From positions 42,656,001-42,720,000 of the forward strand of contig NC_043002.1 in NCBI RefSeq assembly GCF_006345805.1: DNA of 64,000 bases, given 5' to 3'. Below are positions 1 to 13,619 of the stretch, in pieces; the stretch's first letter is position 1, and each line of letters begins with the position of its first letter. Position numbers and translations under genes: made by a program. The DNA comes from Octopus sinensis (lineage: Eukaryota). Below the pieces are notes generated by a model. That model worked only from the letters and a program-made list of their open reading frames with translations. It was not told where the DNA came from and ran no database searches.

Positions 1-190
1 TCTGTAACTGAGCTTTCCTTACTTGTGAGTTTCTCACCAAAAACAACATGGTATTGCTTCTGCACCCACCCTATTCGCCAGATTTAGCATCTGCAGACTT
101 CTATCTCTTCCCTGAGGTCAAAATGCAGCTCAAAGGTTGCAGTTTGAACAGTGTTGTTGAGATCCAGAGCAAATTACAGAAGGTCCTCAA
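1..190 (+). mobile_element. Mariner/Tc1 transposase C-terminal relic
   Basis: ORF 48-236 reads MVLLLHPPYSPDLASADFYLFPEVKMQLKG, matching the mariner HPPYSPDLAPxDFxLF motif; interrupted by an RTE at about 200. Confidence 0.85.
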
Positions 191-204
191 TAGAAGCAAG
201 AATA

Positions 205-1227
205 AATTGAGCAAAAACCAAAGTCATAGAAAGTAGGAAGGCAGACAAATTACAAATCCCTTCAGGTAGATGGCCCTGCTCAATCTGTAGAAAAGGTGTA
301 GGTAGAAATTCCATAAGATGCATCCAGTGTAATCTTTGGACACATAAAAGGTGCAGCAACGTTAGAGGAAGGTTAACAGTGAAACTTTTGTATGTGGAAG
401 ATGCACAGGTACAACAAATGCTGAAAATGCACAGAAAATAGACTCCAAGGTAGTAGATAGCTTCCGCTATCTAGGTGACCAAGTTAGTACTGGCGGTGGA
501 TACTCCAAGAGTGTAGCGGTGAGAATAAGATTAGGCTGGGTAAAGTTCAGAGATCTCCTACCTTGCTGGCAACAAAGGACCTCTCTCTCAGAGTAAAAGG
601 GAGATTGTTTGATGTCTGTGTTGCCAACAGCTATGCTGCATGGCAGTGAAACATGGGCTATGGCAGCTGAGGACATGCACAGGCTTGAAAGAAATGAAGC
701 TAATATGCTTCGCTAGATGTGCAATGTCGGTGTGCATGTTTGAGGAAACCTGTGGTAGAGGTAGATCCAGGAAGACATGGGACGAGGTGGTGAAGCATGA
801 TCTTCAATGACTTGTGGCGGAGACCTCTGGCGATGTGCTGTACTTGAGAGGACCCGTCAAGCCAAGTGCACCCGTGCTGGTGGCATGTAAAGAACATCTT
901 TTGAATGTTGCGCCTGACGGAGGCAAAGTGGCTGAGTTCCTTTCAAGTAGTGGGCCTTGTGGAGGGAACGACCAAGACCTTTGGCATTATGTCGTGCTTG
1001 AGAAGAAGACCCATCAAGCCGAGCAAAATCAGTCATGGCAGATACCAGTGTCACAGAAACTGGCACGTAAAAGCACCCATTACACTCTAGGAGTGATTGA
1101 TGTTAGGAAGGGCATCCGGCTGTAGAAAACCATGCCAAATCAGACTGGAGTCTGGTGCAGCCTTCCAGTGCAGTCAAGCTGTCCAACACAAGCCAGCATG
1201 GACAACAGACATTAAATGATGATGATG
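205..1227 (+). mobile_element. 5'-truncated RTE-clade LINE (RT C-terminus with PHD-like insert, 3'UTR, (GAT)n tail)
   Basis: Translation from 241 gives [38 protein letters not shown], then [13 protein letters not shown] and a HGSETWA motif. It has frameshifts and an internal deletion, and ends ...cagacattaaatgatgatgatg. Confidence 0.85.
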
Positions 1228-1335
1228 AATAAAAACATTTTCCAGGCTGGTTTCCAAAGTGATAGGAATGTTGGAACTGGTGTATTGCAACACAAGGTAA
1301 CTATTTTGAAGGAGATGATGTTAAAACTTAGATAA

Positions 1336-2072
1336 ATAAGTTAGTTAGTTAGTTAATTTTGGGCTCAAAAAGCAAGGCCATGTAGGGGACATGGAGTTAT
1401 ATACAGGGTGGTGTTCATGTAAAGAGTTCAGGCCACTTGTGGTCAAGGGAGACTTTGAACCGAGCAGTCGTCAGCATCTTCACCATCTCGTCCGGCAGCT
1501 TATTCCACGGATCCGCAACCTGGGCGGAGAAAGCCCCTCTCCTTCGATTGAGATGAAATCATCACAGATAGAGCTTTTCGGAGTGACCCCGCAGCCGAGG
1601 CTCTGGAGCAGGAGTGAAGAACAACTCTTTCGAGAGGTTACACTTTCCGCTTAGGAGGTTGTGAGCAAGAATGAGATCACCACGGCGTCGTTGTTTTCCT
1701 AGAGAATAAAGGTCGAGCGTCTTCAGCCTTTCTTCATAAGACAAATTCTTGAGACCAAGAACCATGCGGGTAGCCAGCTTCTGGACTCTTTCGAGATGCT
1801 GTATGTCTTTGAGGAGATAAGGAGAAGAGGCTTGAATCCCGTACTCCAATATGGGTCTCACCAGCGTGACATAGAGCGGTAGGAATATGGCTGCTGTGAG
1901 CATTCTGAATGACCGTCGAATCAAGAACAGAACTCTGCGTGCTTTGTTGGCAGCATGGATGCACTGGGCCGAAGGCGAAATGGAGGAATCCACCAAGATA
2001 CCCAGGTCCTTTACCTGGTCGGTCCTCTCCAGCAGCAGACGACCCGGCTCGAAATCAAGTAGAGTATTAAAG
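1336..2072 (-). mobile_element. CR1-clade LINE 3' end with (TAAC)n tail
   Basis: ORF 1562-1996(-) has LYVTLVRPILEYG...LERVQKLATRMV...YEERLKTLDLYSL...RRRGDLI...RLRGHSEKL, the CR1 RT C-terminus. The tail reads gttagttagttagttaa on the plus strand at about 1340. Confidence 0.9.
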
Positions 2073-2449
2073 TTGAGTTATTTTGTATTAAACTTAACTA
2101 GTCCGGGAACTTTTTGATATCACCTTGTATTATGAAATTCAGATGGATAACATATTTAAACTCGGATCCCATCTTTAAACTGTCCTATTTATAGAAGTAA
2201 ATATATAATCATACCAAAATCCAAAACAGTTCTAGTCAAAGAATTTCAGTTAAAGGATTAATAACTATAAAAATCTAAATTGTAGTATTTTGTATATCGA
2301 TTTGATTAAGCAACTAGAAAACTGGGATAAAACATTTTCAATAGATTTTCTGAAAAAAGTAGAGTAACAGATATAAGTGAAATTTATATTTTATCTATCT
2401 TTAATTATTTTCCAATCAAAATATTAAGTTTAAAAAGCTCTTGCTCTAT

Positions 2450-3800
2450 TATTCTGGTTTCTTCAAGTAGCTGCAAGTGAAATGTATTTCATAATGCTGT
2501 GCCAAGAATCTCTGTTCTGCATTATATTGGATAGGTTTTCAATTTCATGTTACATGCATCTGCCAATGGCATCAATGCAGTTGAGTAGTCTTCATCCTCT
2601 GTAAGGATACGAATGTCTCCAAAATAGAACAAACATCTGATATGGCCTCTTGTTCAGTTTGAGAGAAGTTGCCAGCAAAACCTACTATGTATGGAACAAC
2701 AATAGTAGAAATGGGTAAAGTGTATCCATAAATCTCTTTGGTTTTGTGCACATGCTTTGAGAGGTTTTCAACCCTCATGAGACAACTCCTTCATAGCGAA
2801 GGTTTCAGCTCCATAAAGAAGTTCTCAACACGTCCTGAAGAAGGCCAGGCTTGTTGACTGACTTACTTGAATGCCAGATGTTTTGAAGCATGTTACGACA
2901 CCTCATACTTGTCGCTTCCATGTCGGGAAGTCTTACATGTTGTTAGCAATGTGGAACCTAACATGCTTGAAATCACTGACTTCAAGTTGTGTTCTATCAT
3001 TGGAACAAATTAACAGATGGCTTTCATCCACATTGATGCTCATGCATTCAGTCTTCTTTATAGTAAGAAACCATCTTTGACAGCAGTAAATATTCAAGGG
3101 ATATTAAGTTTTGTGCACTACACAGTTGATGAGCTCCGAGGGCAAGGTCATCAATATAGTTAAGGTCAGAGATAGAGGCTCTACTGATGTCTTGATTGCT
3201 TTTACTTGATAGTAAGATCTGTCTTGGATGGCATCAAGATGTAGTCTACTACAATCACTACATGGAAAAACTCTTGTTGTTGGAAAGGTTTTAATTGGAC
3301 AATCTGTGCTTTGCACAAAGCTTACGGGGGTTTTTGTACATGATTGTTGATGGCTTTTATAATCTCATCTGGAAGTCAGTGACTTTAGGCATTGCTAACA
3401 GCACGTAAAACTTATAAACATGCAAGCAACGAGTAGGAGATGTCCAACAGGATTCAAAACATCTGGCAGTCAAGTTCTTTCATGATTCATTTAGGGACAC
3501 AGATCTGAGGTTAAGAAAATTGATCTACAACTGTGTGGTTTTGGGCTTGTTCCTTCTGCACTCTAATTTAGGTAAATGTCTTGCAAGTGAAATCTGTTAG
3601 AAAAAAATTGTAGAAGCCCATCAGATGAACCATTTCTGTTCTTAAATATCTTTCATAGAATCTAGTGTTGCAAGCATTTATTTGGACCAGTCTGAGTGTA
3701 TCTTCATTCTACTAGTCTCCAAAGCCTTGAAAATGGTCATGCGTTCTGTTGTTCTTCCTCTAAGTAATATTTAAGAAAATTGTTAATTTCTTTCAGACAC
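2450..3800 (-). mobile_element. Ancient decayed RTE-type LINE RT
   Basis: Minus-strand fragments SDLNYIDDLAL (about 3140-3172, YxDD motif), IKKTECM and LLYGAET (about 2800), with many stops and frameshifts; boundaries approximate. Confidence 0.65.
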
Positions 3801-4194
3801 TGGTGTAAGGCCTCACATTTTCATGGTAGAACAGTAAAGATTATGTGAGACTGATGCTTTTCAAGAGCATTAATGACATATTTGAAAGGACATGACTGTT
3901 GCAGTTCTCATTTGTATCTAATAAAAACTTATAAGACTTACAAATTTTAATACAAAAGTGCATCAACCATAAGGGTATATTACTGAATTTAGAAGTAAGT
4001 TCAAGGACACTTATAACACATTATGCTTTTTTAGAGTAAGCACTTAAAATCTGCAACCCCCAAATTAGATAGTAGGTGTTATCCTGTGATTTAATGAGGA
4101 AGAGAAATTCATTTGTGAAGCAAAAGTTCTAATATACTTAGAATTTACAAGCCATCATCAAACTCATGTTAAGAAAACAAAATAAACGTATTAA

Positions 4195-4415
4195 CCCTTT
4201 TGTTACCAGATTTCTGCTGAGATATGCTGTGTTTCATTCAATTACATTAAATATAACAAAGAATTTAGTAAAATAACTTAGATATCATTAAGTTAGTGTT
4301 AGGAACATAAATTGTGACTAAGGTTTTGGTGGAAGATTTTAATTCAAAACTTATGAAAACAAGACATTTGTACAAAGAGCCAGAGGCAGTTTCAGCCGGG
4401 TTGGTATCAAAAGGG
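4195..4415. mobile_element. piggyBac-type MITE (family 1), TTAA TSD
   Basis: TTAA|CCCTTTTGTTACCA ... TGGTATCAAAAGGG|TTAA; a second copy lies inverted at 16203-16396. Confidence 0.85.
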
Positions 4416-4549
4416 TTAATTATCGCAATCAATAGTTTAACATAAGGTTTTTTTTTTATGCTAGGATGGACTGAAGAAATTTACAATGTGTAGTGTTAAA
4501 AATACTGTTGGATTAATTAGTTTACCAAATTTGGTAAATTTGTACTTAC

Positions 4550-4666
4550 ACTGGTATGTAGTAGGATATGGAGAACCTGGTATGTATGTAGGCATAGGTT
4601 GTGGTATTGTAGGTACTCCAGCAGTGGGGACATAAGTGTACTGAAGCGGATATGGGCTTTTGTTAC
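4550..4666 (-). CDS. Internal coding exon, Pro/Tyr-rich (NKSPYPLQYTYVPTAGVPTIPQPMPTYIPGSPYPTTYQ); host gene not identified
   Basis: Pyrimidine tract plus tttatag| acceptor at 4667, |gtaagt donor at 4549, 117 nt, phase 1-1, open frame, non-repetitive. Composition recalls DAZAP2/FAM168-type PY-rich proteins (inference only). Confidence 0.65.
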
Positions 4667-6256
4667 CTATAAACAGAAATAAGACACAGGAGATAAACAA
4701 AGTAAATCATTATATGCAAAGGGCACAGATTTAGGGGAAAAGAGGGTTATAAAATAAACAAACAGGATACAAAAATAATTAAAAAATAAAATGAGCTGAG
4801 GCAAATAATTCAATTGAGCTAATGGTACAAATTTAGACAATATGAAAACATTCATCAAAAAGTAAATTAAAATCTTTTCTCTAATTCAAGACATTGAATG
4901 TAAGGTTTATGGTGTGATCTACAGAATACAGAAAATATCTCAAAATAATGCTACTATCAACATTAACTGCTTGCTCTGGTTTATCCATCCGACTAAAAAG
5001 CAGATTCTACTACTTTTCTTTGAGTGTTTAGTAATAGGAAGGGTACAGTCAGCTGTCATACTACTGCACTTTTGCTAATTGTTTTAGATACCTATGTAGT
5101 TGTGAACAAATGGGGGGAGAGAGAGAGAGACTAGAACCTGACTGGCACTCATTTACAGCTGAGTAAACTGGAGCAACATGAAATAAAATGTTCTTGTCAA
5201 GGACACAACTTGCAGCCTGTTCCAGGAATTGAGCCCACAAGGTCATATGTTTTCATAACAGGAAACTTGTTTAGTTGTAAAATCATTCCCTGGATAAACA
5301 TTCTGCTTGTGCTAACAAGAGGACCACTAAAATGTTTCACAGTTATTAACAAAAGCTAATCATTGTAGAAATGATAATTTTCAAAATGGATGTTGCAAAA
5401 TCAGGTTCTAAAAGAAATAAAACTTCATCTGATGAGGGGGCATGTAAAACAATCTGGCTTGTATTGTATCAAGAATAAATAATATGGCAGGATAAAGCAG
5501 TCAAATGGAAATAATAGATTGTGTTATAAAAGAAAAAAAAATTGTAACATTACTAAAACTGAAATACATTATCAAATAATTAAAAAAAACAACAACAAAT
5601 AATTGTACTAATTGTAGCCTTTAATAAATGTTTTGTTTAATGAATTTATTTACAATATGTGACAATCACCACTAATCCGACCATAAACAAAAAATTCTTT
5701 GTAATAACATGCAGCAATTATATTGTTTCATTATCATTATTCCTTCAACCAAATTAGACTAACACTTGTAGGAAGTTTATAATTCTAGATTTAGAAAAAG
5801 ACTAGTAAATTGACAAGTTTCAAATGTCAGTTATTCTTAACTAGTAGTATCAAACATCACACATAAGATATCCTTAATATGATTTAGACAAGTAGAACAG
5901 AAACAAAAACACAAACTATTCAATCTAGAGATCGTATAGTTTTATATCTAATAAATGGAAGTTTATCTGTTTTATGACAATAAGTATTAAAAAAAACACT
6001 CAATATATCAACCAAAACTAATCTTTAAAATATTTAAAAGTATAATAAAAGAAGCCAGAACCATTAGATTCCATGCGTGGATTACTATCTGCTAATTATG
6101 CTTAGAAAACCAGCCAACAGCAATCATTAGATGACATGATTTCTGGAACTATTGCAGGTTTAGGTAATTTAAACTAAGACTTGTTTGTAGAGAAGATTAC
6201 ATATAATGATGTATGACTGACATGAAAATTAAATCTATTATTGAGGAAAACCTTTC

Positions 6257-6433
6257 TAACACTTCAGCATTCAGAGTTAAATTTAATGCTTTCTTATTCA
6301 CAATTTTGAATTAACGATGCATTATCTCCCAGTTTCAAAATTTTGACAATGCAGTTTTTTGATTTTTTGCATGCCTACTCAACACAGATCCTAGAATATT
6401 TAGGTTGGATATGGCCAGTTTAAATGCTGAAGG
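6257..6433. mobile_element. TTAA-type MITE (family 2), decayed
   Basis: Starts taacacttcagcattcaga and ends ggatatggccagtttaaatgctgaagg|ttaa; related copies at about 15340-15556 and 18629-18993. Confidence 0.6.
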
Positions 6434-7519
6434 TTAAATATGCATACATACAAATAAATTTATAAGAATTTCAAAATTTAGTAGCTGGTATGAACTCATA
6501 TGAATATGAATGATAAAAGTATTATTAGTACTTGTTTTCAAGTAGATAGGTATAAAGCTTTGTTGTTTTTGGGTTAAATCTAACTTGTCCTACATTCCTG
6601 AAAGACTTTACTGAACGAGACTGTATTACAATTATCCCGTATTTAAAGCTTCAGTTTACTACTCATTGACATTGCTTTCTTAGTGTCTATCATTTACTGA
6701 AGACTAATAATAAGTACCTTGTGTTTTTTTTTTGAGGTAGCGTAAGAAAAAAAATAAAGAAAATAATATAATGAAAATGATTGGGGAAAAATGAAATTAA
6801 CGAGTTAAACCATGGAGCAACTATATCAGGTAATTCCAGTACATTAATCAATATATAGTTTCATCATACAAATTGGCATACTAGAAATGGTTTCAAATGT
6901 GTGCAACACAGATGCAGTTCTCATTGTATACATAAGTAACTTAATTTAAATGGTTAAAGTGAAACCCCACATTGCATTTTACTATTGTATATAAAAATAA
7001 CTACCAGTGAAGAGTTGTACTTGAACACAAAATCTCAAGACAGACCATGTAAAAGAGACTTTGAAGCATATATAGAGTCTACAAATAAAAAAAGTTTCGA
7101 TAACTCACAAGAAGAATGATTCTTCAGCTAAGGTGAATTAAAGATTTATTCATGAAGATTTTATCAGAAAATTGAACAATATCCTTTTTAAATTACATGC
7201 TTCAGTCAAGAATATTCCTCATACGTGGAACATATTAAGAGGATGGTTATTTCATGTTACCTGATACACTATGAAATAATTATTAGCAAAAACCAGACTA
7301 ATTTTATGTCAAATAAGTTTGTTTTTCCTAACCTCCATAACTTGATAACTTACTGGCTTCAAGTCATGTTGATGTAGCAATGGCAAGGCTTCATATGTAA
7401 GTAATTTAACTGCAATATTTCAGTTTATTTGATGTTTTCGGGTATCTAATTTTCTGGTTTGCAATAGGAAGAAAAAGATGAGTAAGATAAAGACTTAAGT
7501 AAAAGAAAAAATCTATTAG

Positions 7520-7790
7520 GCACAGGCATGGCTGTGTGGTAAGAATTTTGTTTCCCAACTACATGGTTCCAGGTTAAGACCTACTGTGTGGCACCTTGGG
7601 CAAGTGTCTTCAACTATAGCTTTTACTACTGAGCAAAGCTTGGTGAGTGGATTTGGTAGACAGAAACTGAAAGCTCATCATTTATATATATGTGTATGTG
7701 TGTCTTTGTGTATATGTTTGTTTCCACCATTGCTTGTTGTCCCATAACTTAGAGGTTTGGCAAAAAAGAGATCGATAAAATAAGAATGAA
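7520..7790 (+). mobile_element. tRNA-derived SINE (abundant family)
   Basis: Head ggctgtgtggtaag...ggttccaggtt...gtggcaccttgggcaagtgtctt, followed by gtggatttggtagacagaaactgaaag; recurs many times in the window. Confidence 0.75.
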
Positions 7791-8479
7791 CAACATTGAT
7801 TGTATGATATTGATGATGGAGCTCATTTGCAACCATCATGTGATGTCTAGACAAGGGTACATTTTGAACCCAAGAACACATGGTTTGGAAGCAAGTTTCT
7901 TAACCAAACAGCCAATGGTATACCATTTAGATGTTAACTACTTAGAGTACAATAATCATCACTTATCCATTCATTTACATTTTTGAGTGGCACAGGTTGT
8001 AGAAAAAAAAAGTGCTTTATTAGCTACTACTGTCCAAAGTGACACCACAGCAGAGCCATAAAATATGTCTTAATACCACTCCTGTCAATAATTTTGTGTA
8101 TAATTACTACTTAATAATGGATCCAATGTTTTGTTTTAAATTTTTATTAATTGCCTTTACTGCTTGATTCAAACATATGTCACATAAAATCTTTTTTCTT
8201 CAGGTTTACATTGTTGAAGCAGCTGAGACATGTTAGTCCAAGCATGTATATAGGTTAGACAGAATTTGTTGAAAATTTTTCTATTGCTGGAAGCCTTTCC
8301 TGTTGCTAACACTTATCTGTTTCCAAGCAAGGTGATATTCCAAATGACCAGGCATTGTTTTCAGAGAAGATTAGAAATGAAGGACACCATTTGCATGACA
8401 GGGACATTTGTTTACAACTATTACATGAAATCAAAGAAAGGTGATGTGCTTGTGCGTGCGTGCACACACCACACACACA

Positions 8480-8620
8480 CAATGACCTTCTTTTGGTTTC
8501 TATCCCCAAAATCCACTCATAAAACTTTTGTCAGTTCGGGGCTATAGAAGAACTTGCCCAAGGTGCTATGCAGTGGGACTGAACATGAAACCATATTGTT
8601 GAGAAACTGTACCTGAGACC
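8480..8620 (-). mobile_element. SINE fragment (same family as 7520)
   Basis: Reverse complement of the SINE head and body: aaatccactcat...cttgcccaaggtgc...gggactgaac. Confidence 0.65.
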
Positions 8621-10569
8621 ATGTTGTTGTTCTTATCAAACAGTCATGCCTTATAAAAATGATTGGTAATTTTTAGTGTCATAGAGAAACTATAAGCCTC
8701 CAAACAAAGTGAGACCTTTTTCTTTGGTCTCTGAGTGAAGCCTTTCTATTTGGTCTCCGAACTTCTGCATATGCAAGAAAACAACATTAGAAAATTTAAA
8801 AATTCATTGTGAAACACAAGCAAACCCATTGTCCAGAACTGCTTCTAAATAAGTTGAATTTTCTACAATATAGGAAGGGAATACATCTCTATTGTTGAAA
8901 CTGAATTAATAATTATCTGTATGTTTGGCTGAATAAAATGATACTTATAATTACTTAATATAAATACAAAAAGAAGGAGTGAGAGAGAAAGAATTTTTTG
9001 TTGCTTGTATCTTTTCTAATGGCAACTACATAAATTCGAATGGCTAAAATAATAAAGCTTCTATGAAGTCATTCAACATGCTACAAAAGCAGCCTCTCCC
9101 AAATCACAGTCATAGAAAAGAAAGCAAGAAGTCATGGCTGGGTAGCTTTGATACTAGGCTTGCTCAAAGCTGATTTGAGGTTAAACAAGGAGTGTTATGA
9201 TTTATTTTTCAGTCTTGACTAAGTGGATAAAGTATTCAGACTACCATCATTTGTTTAAGTCTACAACCCACCTGTATGACAAGTGAAGGACAGTATCATC
9301 TATAGAAAAATCATTATGTGTAACTGGAAGTGATGGTGATGCTATTTTTTACCTCTAGATCAGCCATGGTTGAGTAGACCTAACTGAAAGGGATTCCGGC
9401 CCTTTGATCACATCCCATCTTTTCGTCTAGTCTAATGTATCTTGTACCTCAACACTTTTGCAGTAGCATCTTTGTAAGTCAGAAGTTCAAAGTTTACTGC
9501 AGACATTTGTATTGTGGCCAGTGAGAGATCCTCTATGCAGCCATTTGATCTGCTGAAAATAGCAGCCAAATTTTAAAGTTACATTCCTTCTGGCTTTGAA
9601 AAAAAAGGGAAAAAGCACATCAAATAATGCTTCTGAAGAGACAAAATGGTTGCCTTTGATGTTTACATTTCATCAGTAAATGTGATGGTTAAGGAAAATA
9701 GGCGAGAATTACTTTTATAAGTTTTACTGTTCTTTTTTCATATTTGGGGTAAGGATGGTGAAAACATTTCCAAGAATCTACCATTAATAAAATAGTGTTA
9801 TTTAATGCTATATTTTATTTTCATCTTTCTTCACCCAATACTATCAATGAAGTATTACTTGTTTTGACATGTTTAAGTCTAATGCATAAAAAAAAAAGAC
9901 TAATAGGACAATTTCCTGTTTCTAACTGGTAATAATCTCTAATCAATACACTGTCAATTTGCAACAAATATCAAACCCACCATAAAAATCATATCTCAGA
10001 TGTATTTGGTGAAAAAAAAATGGTCAAACAATATTATAAGTTGGTTTATATATAAATGCCAGACCACAAGGTGCCTAAAGGGCCTTTATAATAGTCCAAG
10101 GAAAGGATAATCATCATCATTATAATCATTTTCATATCTATGTTCCCATGCTTGCATGGGTCAGATGAAATTTGTTGAGGTAGATTTTCAGATGTCCTTC
10201 CATTCATTGACAGTTTCTAAGAATCCCTTAGTCTATTGAAGAAATGGTGTGGACAGAGTCATGAGATTTTCTTTCATTCACATTTTGCTTGCAAAGATCA
10301 CACATGTAAAGACATGTCAAGAAGCCTAGATGTACTTTTGCGGTTGACTGCAAGCACAGGATACTGCATGTAATAATAGCGAGCCTGTTTTGCTTACAGC
10401 CAGCAAACAAATAATGACAAAAGAGGAATACAAAATCACACACACACACTTAAATGACTTAGTTTCTCTCAACTAATTTAACCTGAAAGTATTGGTTGAT
10501 CCATGGCCATTGTATAGAAGCTTAACTGAAAATGTTTCAAAGCACACTTCATAATCACACAGCCATGCC

Positions 10570-11200
10570 TGCACCAATGAGCTTGTTTATGCTGGATGTG
10601 TCTGCCCATCTAACCAATTATATTGTAGTTCTTTACCATGTTGATAAAGTTTAGTATCTTAAGATCAGCCTGCAGCACATTTTCCCCTTCAACCTATTTT
10701 GCAGATCCCTTCCACTTTGGTCATTTGACTTCCATACCAATGCAATCTTTTTAACATATTACAGCTGATACCTCTAATACCGATTTTCTCTCAGCTTGCC
10801 ATCATTCAAGCATGATGATATTGCACTTCTAACAGAGCCTGCTTGCAATATTTCTCTCTAGCTTCCCTTCTGTAGTCCTTGTTCCAGTCTTGGAAACATG
10901 CCACATTGCAGACAAGCATCAAGTAATGACTATCCTGACTGAAGCTACTATACTTTCACAACACCCACTTCCACCACTAATTAGGTCAGTTAGGTAAACA
11001 CAAGTTGTCAACTATTTCTAGGGAGCCTTTGGGCAGTTGAAAGATTGCATTTTATGAGAGCTTTGATTTTAATGGTTACATTAGGAGCCCTTTTCATCAG
11101 CCAGACCATCTGCACACTCATAGTTTAAATTGGCTGCAGTTACAGAGTTTCCACCTGCTCCATTTCTACATATCAGGTATGACTTATCTACATAACTGTA
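10570..11200 (-). mobile_element. Decayed RTE fragment
   Basis: Degenerate reverse-complement similarity to the PHD/YLG/GSETW region of the better-preserved RTE copies; boundaries approximate. Confidence 0.5.
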
Positions 11201-12094
11201 GAATTTAATGTTAGGTCTTGCTAACTATAACTTGTCTTTCCTAGGTCAACATTGGCCTGCCTGCCTAGCATGGGGTGGCAACATCTGGAAGCTACAACTA
11301 TGCAAGGAATCACATTGTGATCAGTGGTGTATAACAACATCTTTGAGTCTGATCAGTATAGTGATATATGTGTGTACATGTACCCTCATCTTGATATCAA
11401 GCAATGGCTTCAAGTGAGCATCACTGTCATACAAACAATATTGTATATTTCCTATCTTCCATGGAAAATGTGTGTGGCAAAGGGAAATATTATCATGCTT
11501 GAAAACAGGTGAGTGTTGGTGACAGGGAAGAAATAAAGCTGTATAAAATCTGTTACAGGAAACTTTATTTGACCCGTTGCAAGCATGGAAAAAGCGAGCA
11601 TTAAATTATGATCATGACAAAGAGAGAATGATAAAACTGCTAATCATAAGTTTGTAGCTTGTTAGGTAATAACTGATAGTATTTTCTAAAAAAAAACTCA
11701 TAAAGAAATGTAAAACTTTCTTGCTCTGATAGTTTTTATAAAAAGAAATGACCCACATTTTTGACTAGTAGTTTTTGTTTTACTGTGAGTTACAACGTAA
11801 TACTAAACTGTTTAGTCATTTTAAAACTAAATGCATCTCAAATTCAATTTGTTACCTCTTTGCTGACTGTTTTCCCTCAAAGCTTTTACAGAGCAGAAAC
11901 AAAAGTGTAAAAGAAATAGACAATGATTAGAAACTACATGTAGATTAACAATAAACTGTATGATCTCCAAAAGAAGCTTTTTAATAGATCAAATATGTAC
12001 AGCTTAACATATCTATTTACCCATACTCATACATATGAGTAGTTAGCTATTTTAAGATGCAAACATTTGATGTGTGTGTGTGTGTGTGTGTGAA

Positions 12095-12340
12095 AGTGAT
12101 TGGCCTATTGGTTAGGGTGTTGCACTCATGATCACTGGATTGTGGTTTTGATTCTCAAACTGTCAGTGCATTGTGTTCATAAGCAAACTTCATTTCATGT
12201 TACTCCAGTCCACTCAGCTGTAAATAGGTAACCCTATAATAGACTGGCATTTCATTCAAAGGTAATGTTGGCCAGCCTGCCTAGCCAGCAGGGTGGTACT
12301 ACTTAAAAGCTACAACAATGTGAGGAAGCACATTGTGACC
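12095..12340 (+). mobile_element. tRNA-head SINE (second family)
   Basis: tggcctattggttagggtgttgcactcatgatcactggattgtggttttgattc...cagtccactcagctgtaaat; 3' part is similar to 11230-11360. Confidence 0.55.
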
Positions 12341-13619
12341 AATGGTATATAATACATTTGATAGTCTGGCAGATATAGTAATATATACCAAAATGGAAGA
12401 CTGGAAAGCTTTTGCTATTTATTCTCTTTTACATGTTTCTTTACTATATAGGAGTTACGAAGTTATACATGTAGAAAAACATGTAAGATATCTGTCAGTA
12501 GTAATTTTTCAGACCAAGAATTAAAATAATACAAAATTTATATTGGATGGAGCTATAATATATAGAATCAAGTATTAATCAGGAGTCATATATATATAGA
12601 GATAGATAAAGAGAGAAATATAGAGAAGAAACAGAAGTATTTTCAACTCTCAAATAAAATATAACATCTAGGTATACTTTTGAGTATTGGAATATGCAGA
12701 AGTGTTTCTTGAGAGCACAGCTTGGATTATAATCCTATCTACATACTGTATATATTTGATGGGTAAAAGTCAAATCTAATGGAACAATGACCTAGCAATC
12801 AGTAGCATACTATGTTGTTTAACAGAAGAAAACACTTTAAAGTATATGAACTGAAATAAAAATACTGGCAAAGAACATCCTAAGCTATAATTACCAATGA
12901 AACCAACCAAATGAAATATGAAATAAAGCCAAAGGAGTTAGAATTGATCAACAGATATAAAGAGACAAGGAGAGATGTTTTTGGAGAAGCATCTGTAATA
13001 TTTTGGCATTGAGAAAGATAATAAAACAGCTGTTAAAATGGGTGGTGATAATGTAGGTGTTAAGAATATACCAATTAAACATATGTTGCACATTTATTGA
13101 ATGAAAATTATTTTATAGATATGTTAAAAGTAGCAACTGTAGAATAAATGTGCTTAAGAAATAAAAAAAAAAGGAATGTCAAAACTACATTAATACACCA
13201 CAAAATTCCTATACATTATGTAAAAAATTTGTACTGAGTACTAATGGTAAAAAAAAATGTAGTAAAAGTATCTAAATTTGTCAAATGATTGTTCTACTAA
13301 AATTGATTTAAAAGAAATTAGTCTTTGACATGGAATGGAAGCCAGTATTGAATCAGCTATAAACCTCTAACTATAGAAATCAGATATAAGGTGTTTGGGC
13401 TAAATTTGACAATTCTGTATGTCTTCTTTCTTCAGGAACAGTTTGATGTATTGGTGAATAGTCAATGACATTGGAGAGCATAAAACTTGAAGCTGTAGTA
13501 GAGAAAAAGTTTGCTGATACAGAGAAATGGAAGCTATCTGAATATGGGAAGAATTACCTGTATTATGATGATTCACACTAGGTATCAAAATGCTGACAGC
13601 ATGACTGCTACTCAATGCT

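Noticed and set aside
6050-6165. Protein-like plus-strand stretch (KTSQQQSLDDMISGTIAGL) with possible splice sites
   Set aside because: Weak acceptor, no recognisable domain and no linked exons. Similar isolated candidates at about 13437, 17140(-), 20430, 21337, 26823-26861 and 55177 are also unsupported.
7081-7135. Minus-strand CTGAAGA...GAAA spacing
   Set aside because: Helices I and III do not pair. The same applies to hits near 5429, 15280, 18165, 47142 and 62570; CTGATGA hits at 37943 and 45295 are YADD codons.
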